From assembly GCF_963921235.1 (NCBI RefSeq), contig NC_086101.1:10852001-10916000 (forward strand): a DNA stretch of 64,000 nt, in the 5' to 3' direction. The position numbers were made by a program, and so were the translations under genes. Every line of letters begins with the position of its first letter. Within the stretch, counting starts at the first letter, position 1. Shown piece after piece: positions 49,440-61,889 of the stretch. Origin of the DNA: Mobula hypostoma. Taxonomy: Eukaryota. The notes beneath the pieces were generated by a model that saw only the letters and a program-made list of their open reading frames with translations, made no database searches and was not told the DNA's origin.

Positions 49440-49990
49440 ATCCCGGCTCTATAATTCTCGTAAATTAGAGGAACGGCCCCTCATTCTCCGTCTGGGCAGC
49501 CTGCAACCTGGCGTAGTGAACATCGAATTCTCAAACTCCCGGTTGTCATTCTCCCAACCCCACCAACTCCCAAAATCACTTTTCCTATTTAATCTTCTCT
49601 CCTCCTGATCCGTCAGCCCCGTGACCCTATCTCTTTCCCCTCCTCGCCCACTCTTTCCATCTGTCCATCACCCACACACCCCTCCCCACCTCTCTCCGTT
49701 TATTCCAGGCTCCACTTCCCTCTCCTGTCAGATTCCAAAACCTTCCGTCCTTTGTCACTGACATCCCTCAGCTCCCAGTTCCTGACACATTTCCACACTC
49801 CAACCCTTCCCCATCTAACTCGCACCCCTTCACCTGTATCCACCCATCACCTGCCAGCTCAGTCTTCATCCTTGTCGCCACCGTTCTGCACCGGTCATCT
49901 GCTCTCCGATTTCACTTCGCATGAAAGGACTTGAGCCGAAACGTCAACTGTCCATTTCCCTCCTGACATGCTGGGAATCCCCAGTGCTTC
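49440..49990 (+). mobile_element. Penelope-like element 3' remnant
   Basis: RKLEERPLILRLGSLQPGVVNIEFSN followed by a pyrimidine-rich tail and a decayed hammerhead-like GCCGAAACGTC motif. Confidence 0.6.
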
Positions 49991-50019
49991 GAGTGTTACC
50001 ATCACTACATATTCCATTT

Positions 50020-52842
50020 TCATTTCATTTTTAAATCTTTTCATTAATTATTATTGAAAATCAACAACGGAGAAAAATACATCAAAATAATCAAGACAAC
50101 ATATCCACATGTAGAATAAGAGTTAAACTATCAACCAAACTGAACAGTATATCAATAATAATAATAAAAAAAACACAAAATGTTAAAGCTTTTTTTTGGA
50201 AAAAAGAAAGAAAGAAAAAAGAACCCCTACTAACTAAAACAAAAAAAACCCTAATAACAAAAAAAATGGGGAAAACCGCATTTGGAGCACACACCCGGAG
50301 CTATGAGCCATACAAGCTTCCATAAAAACAGACATCAATCCACCAACCAAATCCATATACCCAAGCATCAGAAAAGGACCATTTTTATTAACTCAAGTCA
50401 AATGATAATAACGGGCAAAATAACCCCACCTTTTCTGGAAGTCAAATCTAAGATCAAAAGTTCGACTTCTAATTTTTTCCAAACTAATACATAACATCAC
50501 CTGAGAGAACCATTGTATCAAAGTGGGAGCACAGGCATCTTTCCATTTTAATAAAATAGCCCTTTTAGCCAATAATGTGACAAATGCAATCATGTGTTGG
50601 TCTGATATAGAAATACTGTGAATATATTGAGGAATTATACCAAACAAAACTGTTAATTTATTAGGTTGTAAATTGATTTTTAAAGCTTCAGAAATTATAG
50701 AAAAAATAGATTTCCAAAACTGTTTCAATACAGAACACGACCAAAACATATGTGTCAATGTAGCTATCTCAGTTTTACAGCTATCACACTATTTACATTA
50801 GAAAATATTTTAGAGACAATCTCTCCTTTGTCAAATAATAACGATGTACAACTTTAAATTGAATTAGAGAATGACTGGAGCAAATCGAAGAAGAGTTAGC
50901 CAACTTCAAAATTAGCAACCAATCCTTTGTTATCAAGGTCATGTTAAGCTCTCTTTCCCAATCTTGCTTAATCTTAAGTAAAGGATAGTTATCCTGTTGT
51001 AATAGTAAATTATAAATTTTCCCTATAAAACCTTTCACGAAAGAGTTCATTTTTAAAATAATGTCTAACAGGTCAGAGTCTTGTATACATTGAAAATTAC
51101 TTAAATATTTCTGTAAGAAATGTCTGATCTGAAGATATTGCAAAAAATGTGAATATGAGAGAGAATATTTAGTTACTAATTTCTCAAAGGACATCAATCC
51201 GCCTTCTTGAAACAAATCCTTAAAGGAAAAAAATCCTTTGTTCCTCCAAAGAGAAAAGGTAGGATCACTAAGTGAAGGTTTAAATAGATAGTTTCGATAA
51301 ATTAAACTAAGAAGGTTAATTTTTTTAAAATTAAAAAACTTACGAAACTGGTAACAGATTCGTAATGACTGCTTAATCATAAGATTTATACTTAGAATAG
51401 AAATTTTGGATAATTGTACAGGTAAAGGGGCTCCTAATAATGAAGTTAAATGAAATTGTTCCACAATTTTCAATTCCAGATCAATCCATGGTGGTCGTTC
51501 ATTTTTATCGGTCCAATATAACCAAGAACATGTAGAGCGTATATTAACCGTCCAATAATACATTCTTAAATTAGGCAAAGTAAGACCTCCATCCTTTTTT
51601 AATTTTTGTAAATGACATTTTCCAATTCTTGGTCTTTTATTATTCCAAACAAAAGATGAAATAATAGAGTCAACCTGATCAAAAAACTTCTTAGTTAGAA
51701 AAATAGGAATATTTTGAAATACATATAAAATTTTTGGTAAGATCATCATTTTAACTGCATGATTTCGACCGGCTAATGACAGTGTAAGTGGATTCCATCT
51801 AGAAAAAAAATTGCTTCATAAAATCCACTAAGGAAACTAAATTAGCTCTATAAAGGTCTCCATAATTTTTAGTGATAATACCTAAATATTTAAAAGAATC
51901 CGTAACTTTTAAAGGAATGTCATCATATATAGAAGCAGAATCATTTAAAGAAAGTAATTCACTTTTATGCAGGTTTAATTTATATCCTGAAAACAATCCA
52001 ATTTAATTTAATAATTTCAATAAACTAGGAATAGATTCTTCAGGATTCGAAACATAAACCAAAAGATCATCCGCATGAAGAGAAATCTTATGAATAGTCC
52101 CATTTATAGAAATTCCTTGAATATCTTTAGCTTAACAAAGTGCAAAGGCCAAAGGTTCCAACACCAAATTAAATAACAAAGGGCTTAACGGACATCCTTG
52201 TCTCGTACCCCGCAAAAGTTGGAAAAAGGGGGATCTACAGTTATTAGTAATAGCAGTGTAGGGCTTCTATATATCAATCTAATCCATTTATTAAAATTAG
52301 TACCAAAGCTAAATTTCTCTAAAACTTTAAATAGATATTTCCATTCAACTCTATCAAATGCCTTTTCAGCATCTAGAGAAACAACACATTGGGGAGTTTT
52401 AGAGAGGGATGAGTATATAACATTTGACAGTCTCCGAGTGTTAGAGAAAATAATAACAACCTTTTATAAAACCTGTTTGATCCTGAGAAATAATTTTAGC
52501 TAGCATATTATCCATCCGATTAGCCATTATTCTAGAAAGAATTTTAGCATCCACATTTAATAATGAAGTAGGTCTATATGAAGCACTATCAGTAGGGTCT
52601 TTATCTTTCTTATGAATTAAAGAAATAGAAGCTTCATAAAATGTGGAACGTAACTCTCCTAGCAGAAAAGAATCTTTAAGAATTTCCAACATATAAGGAG
52701 TAAGCAAATCTTCAATTTTTTATAAAATCCTACAAAAAAAAATCCAATCCAGGAGCTTTACCATATTGCATTGAAAGAATAGCTTTCTGAATTTCTCTTT
52801 CAGTAAAAGGAGCACCAAGAATTTGCTGATCTTCAACAGATA
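50020..52842 (-). mobile_element. L1-clade LINE, ORF2 RT to 3' end (AT-rich)
   Basis: SYRPTSLLNVDAKIL, DQTGF, DAEKAFD, DGGLTLPN, HMFWSC; T-rich 3' UTR. Confidence 0.9.
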
Positions 52843-55800
52843 GAATAATACAGCACAGTACAGGCCCTTCGGCCCACAATGTTGTGCCGACCCTCAATCC
52901 CCGCATCCCAGATAAGCCCCTAACTTAAATTCCCCCATACACCTGTCCAGTAGTCTCTTAAACTTAACTAGTGTATCTGCCTCCACCACTGACTCAGGCA
53001 GTGCATTCCACGCACTAACCACTCTCTGAGTAAAAAACCTTCCTCTAATATCCCCCTTGAACTTCCCAGCCCTTACCTTAAAGCCATGTCCTCTTGTATT
53101 GAGCAGTGGTGCCCTGGGGAAGAGGTGCTGGCTATCCACTCTCTCTATTCCTCTTATTATCTTGTACACCTCTATCATGTCTCCTCTCATCCTCCTTCTC
53201 TCCAAAGAGTAAAGCCCTAGCTCCATTAATCTCTGATCATAATCCAACTCTCTAAACCAGGCAGCGTACTGGTAAATCTCTTCTGTACCCTTTCCAATGC
53301 TTCCACATCCCTCCTACAGTGAGGCGACCAGAACTGGACACAGTACTCCAAGTGTGGCCTAACCAGAGTTTTATAGACCTGCATCATTACATCGTGATTC
53401 TTAAACTCTATCCCTCGACTTAAGAAAGCAAACACCCCATAAGCTTTCTTAACTACCCTATCCACCTGTGAGGCAACTTTCAGGGATCTGTGGACATGTA
53501 CCCCCAGATCCCTCTGCTCCTCCACACTACCAAGTATCCTGCCATTTACTTTGTACTCTGCCTTGGAGTTTGTCCTTCCAAAGTGTACCACCTCACACTT
53601 CTCCGGGTTGAACTCCATCTGCCACTTCTCAGCCCACTTCTGCATCCTATCAATGTCTCTCTGCAATCTGTGACAATCTTCTACACTATCTACAACACCA
53701 CCAACCTTTGTGTCATCTGCAAACTTGCCAACCCACCTTTCTACCCCCACATCCAGGTCGTTAATAAAAATCACGAAAAGTAGAGGTCACAGAACTGATC
53801 CTTATGGGACACCACTAGTCACAATCCTCCAATCTCAATGTACTCCCTCCACCATGACCCTCTGCCTTCTGCAGGCAAGCCAATTCTGAATCCACCTGGC
53901 CAAACTTCCCTGGATCCCATGCCTTCTGACTTTCTGAATAAGCCTACCATGTGGAACCTTGTCAAATGCCTTACTAAAATCCATATAGATCATATGAACT
54001 GCACTACCCTCATCTATATGTCTGTTCACCTCCTCAAAGAACTCTATTTGGCTTGTTAGTCACGATCTGCCCTTCAGAAAGCCATGTTGACTGTCCCTGA
54101 TCAGACCAAGATTCTCTAAATGCCTATAGATCCTATCTCTAAGAATCTTTTCCAACAGCTTTCCCACCACAGACGTAAGGCTCACTGGTCTATAATTACC
54201 CAGACTATCCCTACTGCCTTTTTTGAACAAGGGGACAACATTCGCCTCCCTCCAAACCTCCGGTACCATTCCCATGGACAACGAGGACATAAAGATCCTA
54301 GTCAGAGGCTCAGCGAACTCTTCCCTCGCCTCATGGAGCAGCCTGGGGAATATTCCATCAGACCCCGGGGACTTATCCGTCCTAATGTATTTTAACAACT
54401 CTAACACCTCCTCTTCCTTAATATCAACATGCTCCAGAACATCAACCTCACTCATATTGTCCTCACTGTCATCATTCCCTCTCATTGGTGAATACCAAAG
54501 AGAAGTATTCACTGAGGACCTCGCTCACTTCCACAGCCTCCAGGCACATCTTCCCACCTTTATCTCTAATTGGTCCTACCTTCACTCCTGTCATCCTTTT
54601 TTTCTTCACATAACTGAAGGATGCCTTGGGGTTTTCCTTTACCCTACTCACCAAGGCCTTCTCATGCCCCCTTCTTGCTCTTCTCAGCCCCTTCTTAAAC
54701 TCCTTTCTTGCTACCCTATGTTCCTCAATAGACCCATCTGATCCTTGCTTCCTAAACCTCATGTATGCTGCCTTCTTCCACCTGACTAGATTTTCCACCT
54801 CACTTGTCACTCATGGTTCCTTCACCCTGCCATTCTTTATCTTCCTCACCGGGATAAATTTATCTCTAACATCCTGCAAGAGATCTCTAAACATCGACCA
54901 CATGTCCATAGTACATTTCCCTGCAAAAACATCATCCCAATTCACACCTGCAAGTTCTATCCTTATAGCCTCATAATTTGCCCTTGCCCAATTAAAAATT
55001 TTCCTGTCCTCTCTGATTCTATCCTTTTCCATAATAATGCTAAAGGCTAGGGAGCGGTGGTCACTGTCCCCCAGACGCTGACCCACTGAGAGATCTGTGA
55101 CCCGACCCGATCCGATTCATTACCTAGTACTAGATCTAGTATGGCATTCCCCCTAGCCGGCCTGTCCACATACTGTGACAGGAATCCATCCTGGACACAC
55201 TTAACAAACTCTGCCCCATCTAAACCCTTGGAACTAATCAGGTGCCAATTAATATTAGAGAAGTTGAAGTCACCCATGATAACAACCCTGTTATTTTTGC
55301 ACCTTTCCAAAATCTGCCTCCCAATCTGCTCCTCTGTATCTCTGCTGCTACCAAGGGGCCTATAGAATACCCCCAATAGAGTAACTGCTCCCTTCCTGTT
55401 CCTGACTTCCACCCATACTGACTCAAAAGAGGATCCTGCTACATTATCCACCCTTTCTGTAGCTGTAATAGTATCCCTGACCAGTAATGCCACCCCTCCT
55501 CCCCTTTATCCACCCTGTCTATCCCTTTTAAAGCACTGAAATCCAGGAATATTGAGAATCTATTCCTGCCCTGGTGCCAGCCAAGTCTCTGTAATGGCCA
55601 CTACATCATAATTCCATGTATGTATCCAAGCTCTCAGTTCATCACCTTTGTTCCTGATGCTTCTTGCATTGAAGTTCACACATTTCAGCCCGTCTACCTT
55701 ACAGTCTTTACACTGTTTATTCTGCTTCCCTTTCCTCAAAGCCTCTCTATATGTTGGATCTAGCTTTACTCCATGCACTTTTTTCACTGCTCTATCACTC

Positions 55801-56441
55801 CGAGTCCCATCCCCCTTGCAAATTCGTTTAAACCCTCCCGAACCATGCTAGCAAACCTACCTGCAAGGATATTGCTCCCCCTCGAGTTCAGGTGCAACCC
55901 ATCCAATCTGTACAGGTCCCACCTTCCCCAGAAGCGACCCCAGTGATCCAAAAATCTAAAACCCTGCTCCCTGCACCAACTCCTCAGCCACGCAGTCAAC
56001 TGCCATCTCCTCCAATTATTACCATCACTGTCACATAGCACTGGCAGCAATCCTGAGAATGCCACCCTTGAGGTCCTGTTCTTCAGCTTTCTGCCTAGTT
56101 CCTGAAACTCACACATCAGGACCTCATCCCTCTTCCTGCCTATGTCGTTGGTCCCAACATGTATCACGGCTTCTGGTTGCTTTCCCTCTCGTACCAGGAT
56201 GTTGTGCACCCGGTCAGAGACATCCCGGACCCTGGTACCCAACAGGCAACAAACCACGCGGGTGTCATTCTCATGTCCACAAAATCTCCTGTCTGCTCCC
56301 CTGACTACAGAGTCTCCAATGACGACAGCTCTCCTCTTCTCCATTCCACCCTTCTGCACCACTGGGTCAGACTCAGTGCCGGAGGCCCTGCCACCATGGC
56401 TCACACCTGGTCGGTCGTCCCCACCAACAGTATCCAGGATG
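52843..56441 (-). mobile_element. Near-complete CR1 (ORF1 SGNH esterase-like plus ORF2) inserted in the L1
   Basis: ORF1 VIGDSVVRG...HVGTND...DGLHLN; ORF2 EN and RT motifs broken by frameshifts. Confidence 0.93.
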
Positions 56442-57215
56442 GTAAATTCCTCGATATTCTAGGAAAATCAATCTTTTGCATACATATTAGAAGGGTCAGC
56501 TGGAAACTGAGATTTATAGAGTTCACTGTAATAGTCTTGAAAAATTTTATTAATATCTTCATAATTACAAGCTAAACTACCATCTCCCTTATGAATTTTT
56601 AAAATTTGTGTTTTAGCTCTAACTGCTTTAAGCTGAGAAGCTAATAGCTTGTTACTTTTATCTCCAAACACATAAAATTGACTTTTTAATTTAAGCAAAT
56701 TTCTTTCAATAGGAGAAGTTAATAGTAAATAATATTCTGATTGAAGTTCAACCCTTTGTTTAAATAAATCAACATTAGGAGAAAATGCATAAGTGTTATC
56801 CAGGTCTTTAATTTGTTTTGAAATTCTATCTAATTCTATTTTTGCCTGTTTCTTGAGCTTAGCCAAATAGGATATTATCTGACCTCGCAAATATGCTTTA
56901 AGTGTATCCCATATAATCAATTTTGAGACATCTCCCGTATTATTAAGAAGAAAGAAATCTTTTATCTGAATCACTATAAATTTGACAAAGTCCGAACTTT
57001 GTAATAAGTTTTCTGGAAAGCGCCAAGGCAAGTTTATATTACTAACATCATTTAACTCAAAAGTTAAGCTTAAGGGTGCATGATCCAAGACATAGCATAA
57101 TATTCACATTTCTGGACTTTGGACAAAAATCGGAAATCAGCTATAAAATAATCAATTCGCGAATATTTATTATGAACATGTGAATAAAAAGAATAATCTC
57201 TATCATTCGGATGTA
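56442..57215 (-). mobile_element. Upstream continuation of the same L1 (EN end and linker)
   Basis: DHAPL, WDTLKAYLRG, GDKSNKLLA; collinear with the part ending at 52842. Confidence 0.85.
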
Positions 57216-57229
57216 AATTTAAATTTAAC

Positions 57230-58735
57230 GGGATGGTGCCGGTAACTGGCGGCTCTCCCGGGCAAACTGCCCTCTCCGCTATCCTCCACCCGAGAAACCC
57301 TCCTAAACCGCCAATCTAGATCAACAACCCCCTGGCGAAGCTACTGACCCAGCTGGAGAGCGCCGCGCCAGAAATGCTTCTTAAACTCCGGGCCCGACCA
57401 GCGAGGCGCACCACGTTCCCGGAGACCCGCGGTCTGCTACCGAGCCGGAGCGCTTGGAGACACGGCCCATTGCGACCACACAGAAGGGACAGCGGAGACC
57501 TCAAGGTGCCCCAGACGCTTCCCCGGAGCGACCACCGTAAAGCCCCGTTGGTGGCCATCCACAGTTGCCGGAAGTGAGGCCTCCGGCGCCGACCTCGGAA
57601 ATCGAGCCCGAGGCTCGGCTGGAGCGGAGGCCTCCACCACCGTGACTCGGCTTACGGACTCGTTTCAACAAGGAGCCCGACCATCCGGGATTAAGTGTCG
57701 GCTTCGGGGCCCGACCCAATCGACAGCCCGGGCCCCCGGCAGCTGGAAGTGGCAGCGGAGCCTCCCCTGTCACTCGGCCCGACCCGGAGCGCACGACGAC
57801 GCGACCCGCCGATCGATTCCCGCGGGACGCGTCCACCAACATCAAAGAGCTGACAACAACACCCTGTATCGATGGAGACCTGGAAAGATGCACTACTTAC
57901 CGAGGAAGCGTGGGAAAAGAGCTGGGCTGCTGGTGAGATTGAAGCTGAGGGGCTTCGGTGTCCCTATGCCCACCATCCTACTGGCTAATGTGCAAGCCAT
58001 AGAGAACAAGGTGGATGATCTTAAAGGGAGACTCACCTACTGCAGGGAGATGCAGAACTGCTGTGTATTCTGTTTCACCGAGACCTGGCTCTCCCCTGCC
58101 ACCCCCAACTGTGCCATCCGACCGGAGGGATTTTCGATCCATCGGACGGACCGCACAGCGTCTTTCGGCAAGATGTGGGGAGGTGGTATCTGCCTACTGG
58201 TCAACACTGGGTGGTGCTCGGACACAGTGGAACTGACAAACTCCTGCAGCCCGGACCTGGAACACCTGTCGGTGAAGTGTCGTCCCTGCTATCTGCCACG
58301 GGAATTCACCTCGGTCATACTGACAGTGGTCTACATTTCCCCCCCAGGTGGACATGGAGTGTACTCTGAACATACTGTATGCCGACATCAGTGAACTTGA
58401 GACCAGGTATCCGGAGGCTTTGTTCATTACAGCCAGGGACTTTAACCAGGCCAACCTCAGAACGGCGCTGCCGAAGTTATCCCAACATGTCTCCTGCCCC
58501 ACTAGAAGCCCGAATATACTTGACCACTGCTACACAGCAGTCAAGGATGCCTACCGTTCTGTCCCACGAGCTCACTTCGGAAAAATCGGACCATCAGGCC
58601 GTACTCCTGCTCCCAGCTTACAAGCAAAACTGAAGCGGGAGGTCACGGTGTCAAAAGTAGTGTCGTATTGGACGGAGGAAATGGATGAGGTCCTCCATGA
58701 CTGCTTTGAATTGGTGGACTGGTTAGTATTCAAGT
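57230..58735 (+). mobile_element. Rex/Babar-like LINE 5' part (GC-rich leader plus APE endonuclease)
   Basis: LANVQAIENK, FCFTETWL, GGGIC, RDFNQANL, LDHCY, SDHQAV. Confidence 0.8.
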
Positions 58736-59310
58736 ACTTGGACCTCTTGCGGCTTTCTTGGACACCAGACTTGAATGCCTCTAATCCAGTCCTTACCAGA
58801 TTGTGGATCTTATGTTTCATCCACGGCTTCCGATTGGGGAAGACTTGAATGATTTTGTGGGGAGACACTCGTGTACAACAGTTTTAAAGTCCATGACAAC
58901 CATAGTGTATTCATTCGGATCCATAGATGTGTCCTTAAACACTGCCCAGTCCACCGATTCGAAGCAATCATATATCTGCTCCTGTACCTCCAATGACCAT
59001 CTCTTGCTTGTCCCAATCTCTGGAGTTTTGCTCTTTACTCTCTCCCTGTATGTATGTAGGAGAAGGACATCCAAGTGATCAGAGTTACCAAAATTTGGTC
59101 AGGGCATGGAGTGGCTGGCAGTCCTCATCTTAGTATAGCTGTGCTCTAGTCTGCTGGGGCCTCTGGTGCTACAGGTTATATGCTGATGATAATCGGGCAG
59201 GGTTTTCTTCAAACAAGCCTGGATGAAGTCCCAGACTATGATTTGAAATGCATCGGGATAGACTGTTTCTTGTTTGGAGACGGCATCATGCATTATCTCA
59301 AGTGATCACA
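58736..59310 (-). mobile_element. Rex/Babar-like LINE fragment, opposite orientation
   Basis: FPNRKPW, DCFESVDW, YHQHITCSTRG. Confidence 0.75.
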
Positions 59311-59526
59311 GGATCACAGCGGGGGAGCAGTGCGAGAGAGTTTCACTGAACTCCCGTCGAAGGGAAGATTTAAACATCTTCAGGATAGGCGTCCCTGGAA
59401 GAGACTTCGCAGAGTAGTAATCAAATCACAAACAAGAGAAAATCTGGAGTTGCTGGAACAATGAGAACCACATACAAAATGCTGGAGGAACTCAGCAGGC
59501 CAGTCAGCATCTATGGAAAAGAGTAC

Positions 59527-59562
59527 AGTCAACGTTTCGGGCCAAAACCCTTCGGCAGGACT
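59527..59562 (-). ncRNA. Degenerate minimal type I hammerhead ribozyme motif in a Penelope-like terminal repeat
   Basis: Minus strand AGTC-CTGCCGA-A-GGG-TTTTGG-CCC-GAAA-CG-TT-GACT: stems I and II are intact; core CUGANGA has A6 changed to C. Confidence 0.5.
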
Positions 59563-60324
59563 TGGTGCATTTTTTTAGCCACACAGCCGGTGTGTACAGT
59601 CCAGGTGAGATCTTCAGTGATGTGTATACTGAGGAACTTGAAACCACTCACCCTCTCAACTGCAGTCCCATTGATATTGATCGGGGCGAGCCTGTCTCTG
59701 TTCCTCCTGTAATCCACAATCAGTTCCCTTGTTTCTTTGGACATCGAGGGAGAGTGGTGCTCTTCAGAATCAGTTTTATTATCACTATCTTATATGGTAG
59801 GAAATTTGTTGATTTGCAATACAGTGCAAAGACATAAAACTCCACGTAATATACAAAATGTGTAAAGAAAAGGAATAACTAGGCAGTGGTCATGGACCGT
59901 TCAGAAATCTGATGATGGGATGGGGGAGTGGGGTGTTGGTGGTGACTGGGATGAAACTGTTCCTGAATCCAGTTGGGGTTGATTTATTCATAGTGACAGC
60001 TATCAGCCTGTCATGGCTGCAGGGCTGACGGTTAGAAGGAGACGACACACGCTGGCACGGAACTTTGGGATAAAGTTTATTGGAGAAATTTCGTTGCACC
60101 TCCTGCTTCTGCACTCGTTATTTGTTTGTTTGACAGAATCATGTATTGCACAGTTCGTGTTTCAGTCAGTCGTTGAGTTGCAGCTCTGATATTACCAGAG
60201 AAGGTGGCGATGGGTCTTTGCAGAAGCTTTAAAATTAGACAGGGGATTGTTGGTTAGAGATGAGCAGGATAATGTGGGAATTCCAAAATTAAACTGTGGG
60301 AGGAGAAGATCCATAAAAACAAAC

Positions 60325-61101
60325 CCAGGTGCGGAGTATCATGGAGTATGCCTGCTTATCATGAATGAATTCCTCACAGAGTGTCCCCAGCCGGCTTGAT
60401 ACCATTCAAAGAAAGGCTCTCAGGATGATAGGTGTAGATGAAGCCACAGCTCGTGAGAAGCTAGCCATCAGTAGCTTACACCACAGACGACAGGTTGCTG
60501 CAGCTACTGGGCTGTACAAAATGCCCACCAGCCACAGCCCTGCAGACCTTCGCACCATGCTGCCTTCATCCTGAGAGACAGCGCACCACATGATCAAGAT
60601 TATATGTGCCTGCTCATGCATTTTCTATGCCTGATGTGAGAACCTACACACTGGATAGAAGCTTCCTTCACTGTGCTGTCAGAATTTGGAACAACCTTCC
60701 AGATGCTGTGGTTGGAAACATCTGCGACGATGGGGTCCAAGCCTTCAAGAGTCGAGTGCACAAACACCTATCATCTCCGGGAGGGAAGTCACGTGCTTCT
60801 TCATAAGCTATCATGAAGGGGACCAGGATGGAAATGCTTGGTAGTTGGTAGGTAGGGTTAATACCTGACTTTCAAGAGCACTTGTGAGTTATGTTCCGGC
60901 TGGACTTAGTCCTTAAACTGCTGGAGAACAGTGCGGAAAGAACAGGTGCTGTTTTCTCCCGGTGGGGATTAGTTTTTAGCTCCAAGTGCCCCTGCCAAGT
61001 TCTGTCACCCTGCAACCTTATCCTTCAATCTCTTTGAATTATGGAGGACAGCATGTGTATAAGTGTCCCTCTCCAGCAGACTTCATCATGATCATCATGA
61101 C
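60325..61101 (+). mobile_element. LINE 3' end (CR1/L2-superclade, non-CR1 family)
   Basis: QVRSIMEYAC, LDTIQRKALR, LHHRRQVAA, SF...VRIWNNLP; tail (CAT)nGAT. Confidence 0.7.
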
Positions 61102-61889
61102 TCCAGTATTGCTACTATTCTTTAATGTTTTTAATTGTACACATTTCTGATCTGGCTATTGTTCACGATTGCACTTAATAAAAAAAACTGCTTGTGAAAA
61201 TCTTTTTGAATTTTCCGAACTTCATTTTTCCGTATGACATGGTGGAGGTAATCGGGCCCATGGAGTCTGCGTGGGACCCACATCAAAGACGTTGGATCAA
61301 TATCCTTAATTATTTTCACTGGAAACTGTGACCAGGGGAAACCCATCAGTCTGAGACTGTGCAATTCCCAACAGCCCCAGACTGAGATCAGGATGGAACC
61401 AGCATCATTGATTTGAAGTGGAGAAGCAGCACCATCACTCTTGATAATCTAGAAATTGCAAACAGTTGTCTCCCAGGACTCACCATCCTGTTAGTCACAG
61501 TCACTTGGTGGGAAGCTTTTCCAGACATTTTGAGTGGACACAGTTGTGGCCAGCACACGTTTGTTCCACTTCAGCAGAGTCCACAGACAGTTCCACACAC
61601 GGAGTGGCTTTGAAGAGGGGATTTTCAGCAACTTGACAAAACACTGACTCTCAGATACTTTGCTTGATCTAGTCACAGCCAAGGGACACAGCTCTGGGAC
61701 AAGGCCCTTGAATCAGCAACACTGGGGTGATACTCAGTAACAGTATGGTGAACCTTTGAACCCCACTGAATGCAGTCATGATCTGCACATTGCTGATCCT
61801 TCTTATCAAAAAATTACACCCCCTCAGAACATCGGGCTTCCCTGTTGCGGTTAAATCTGAGCCTTTTGAAAGAAGATGATTCCATGTTG

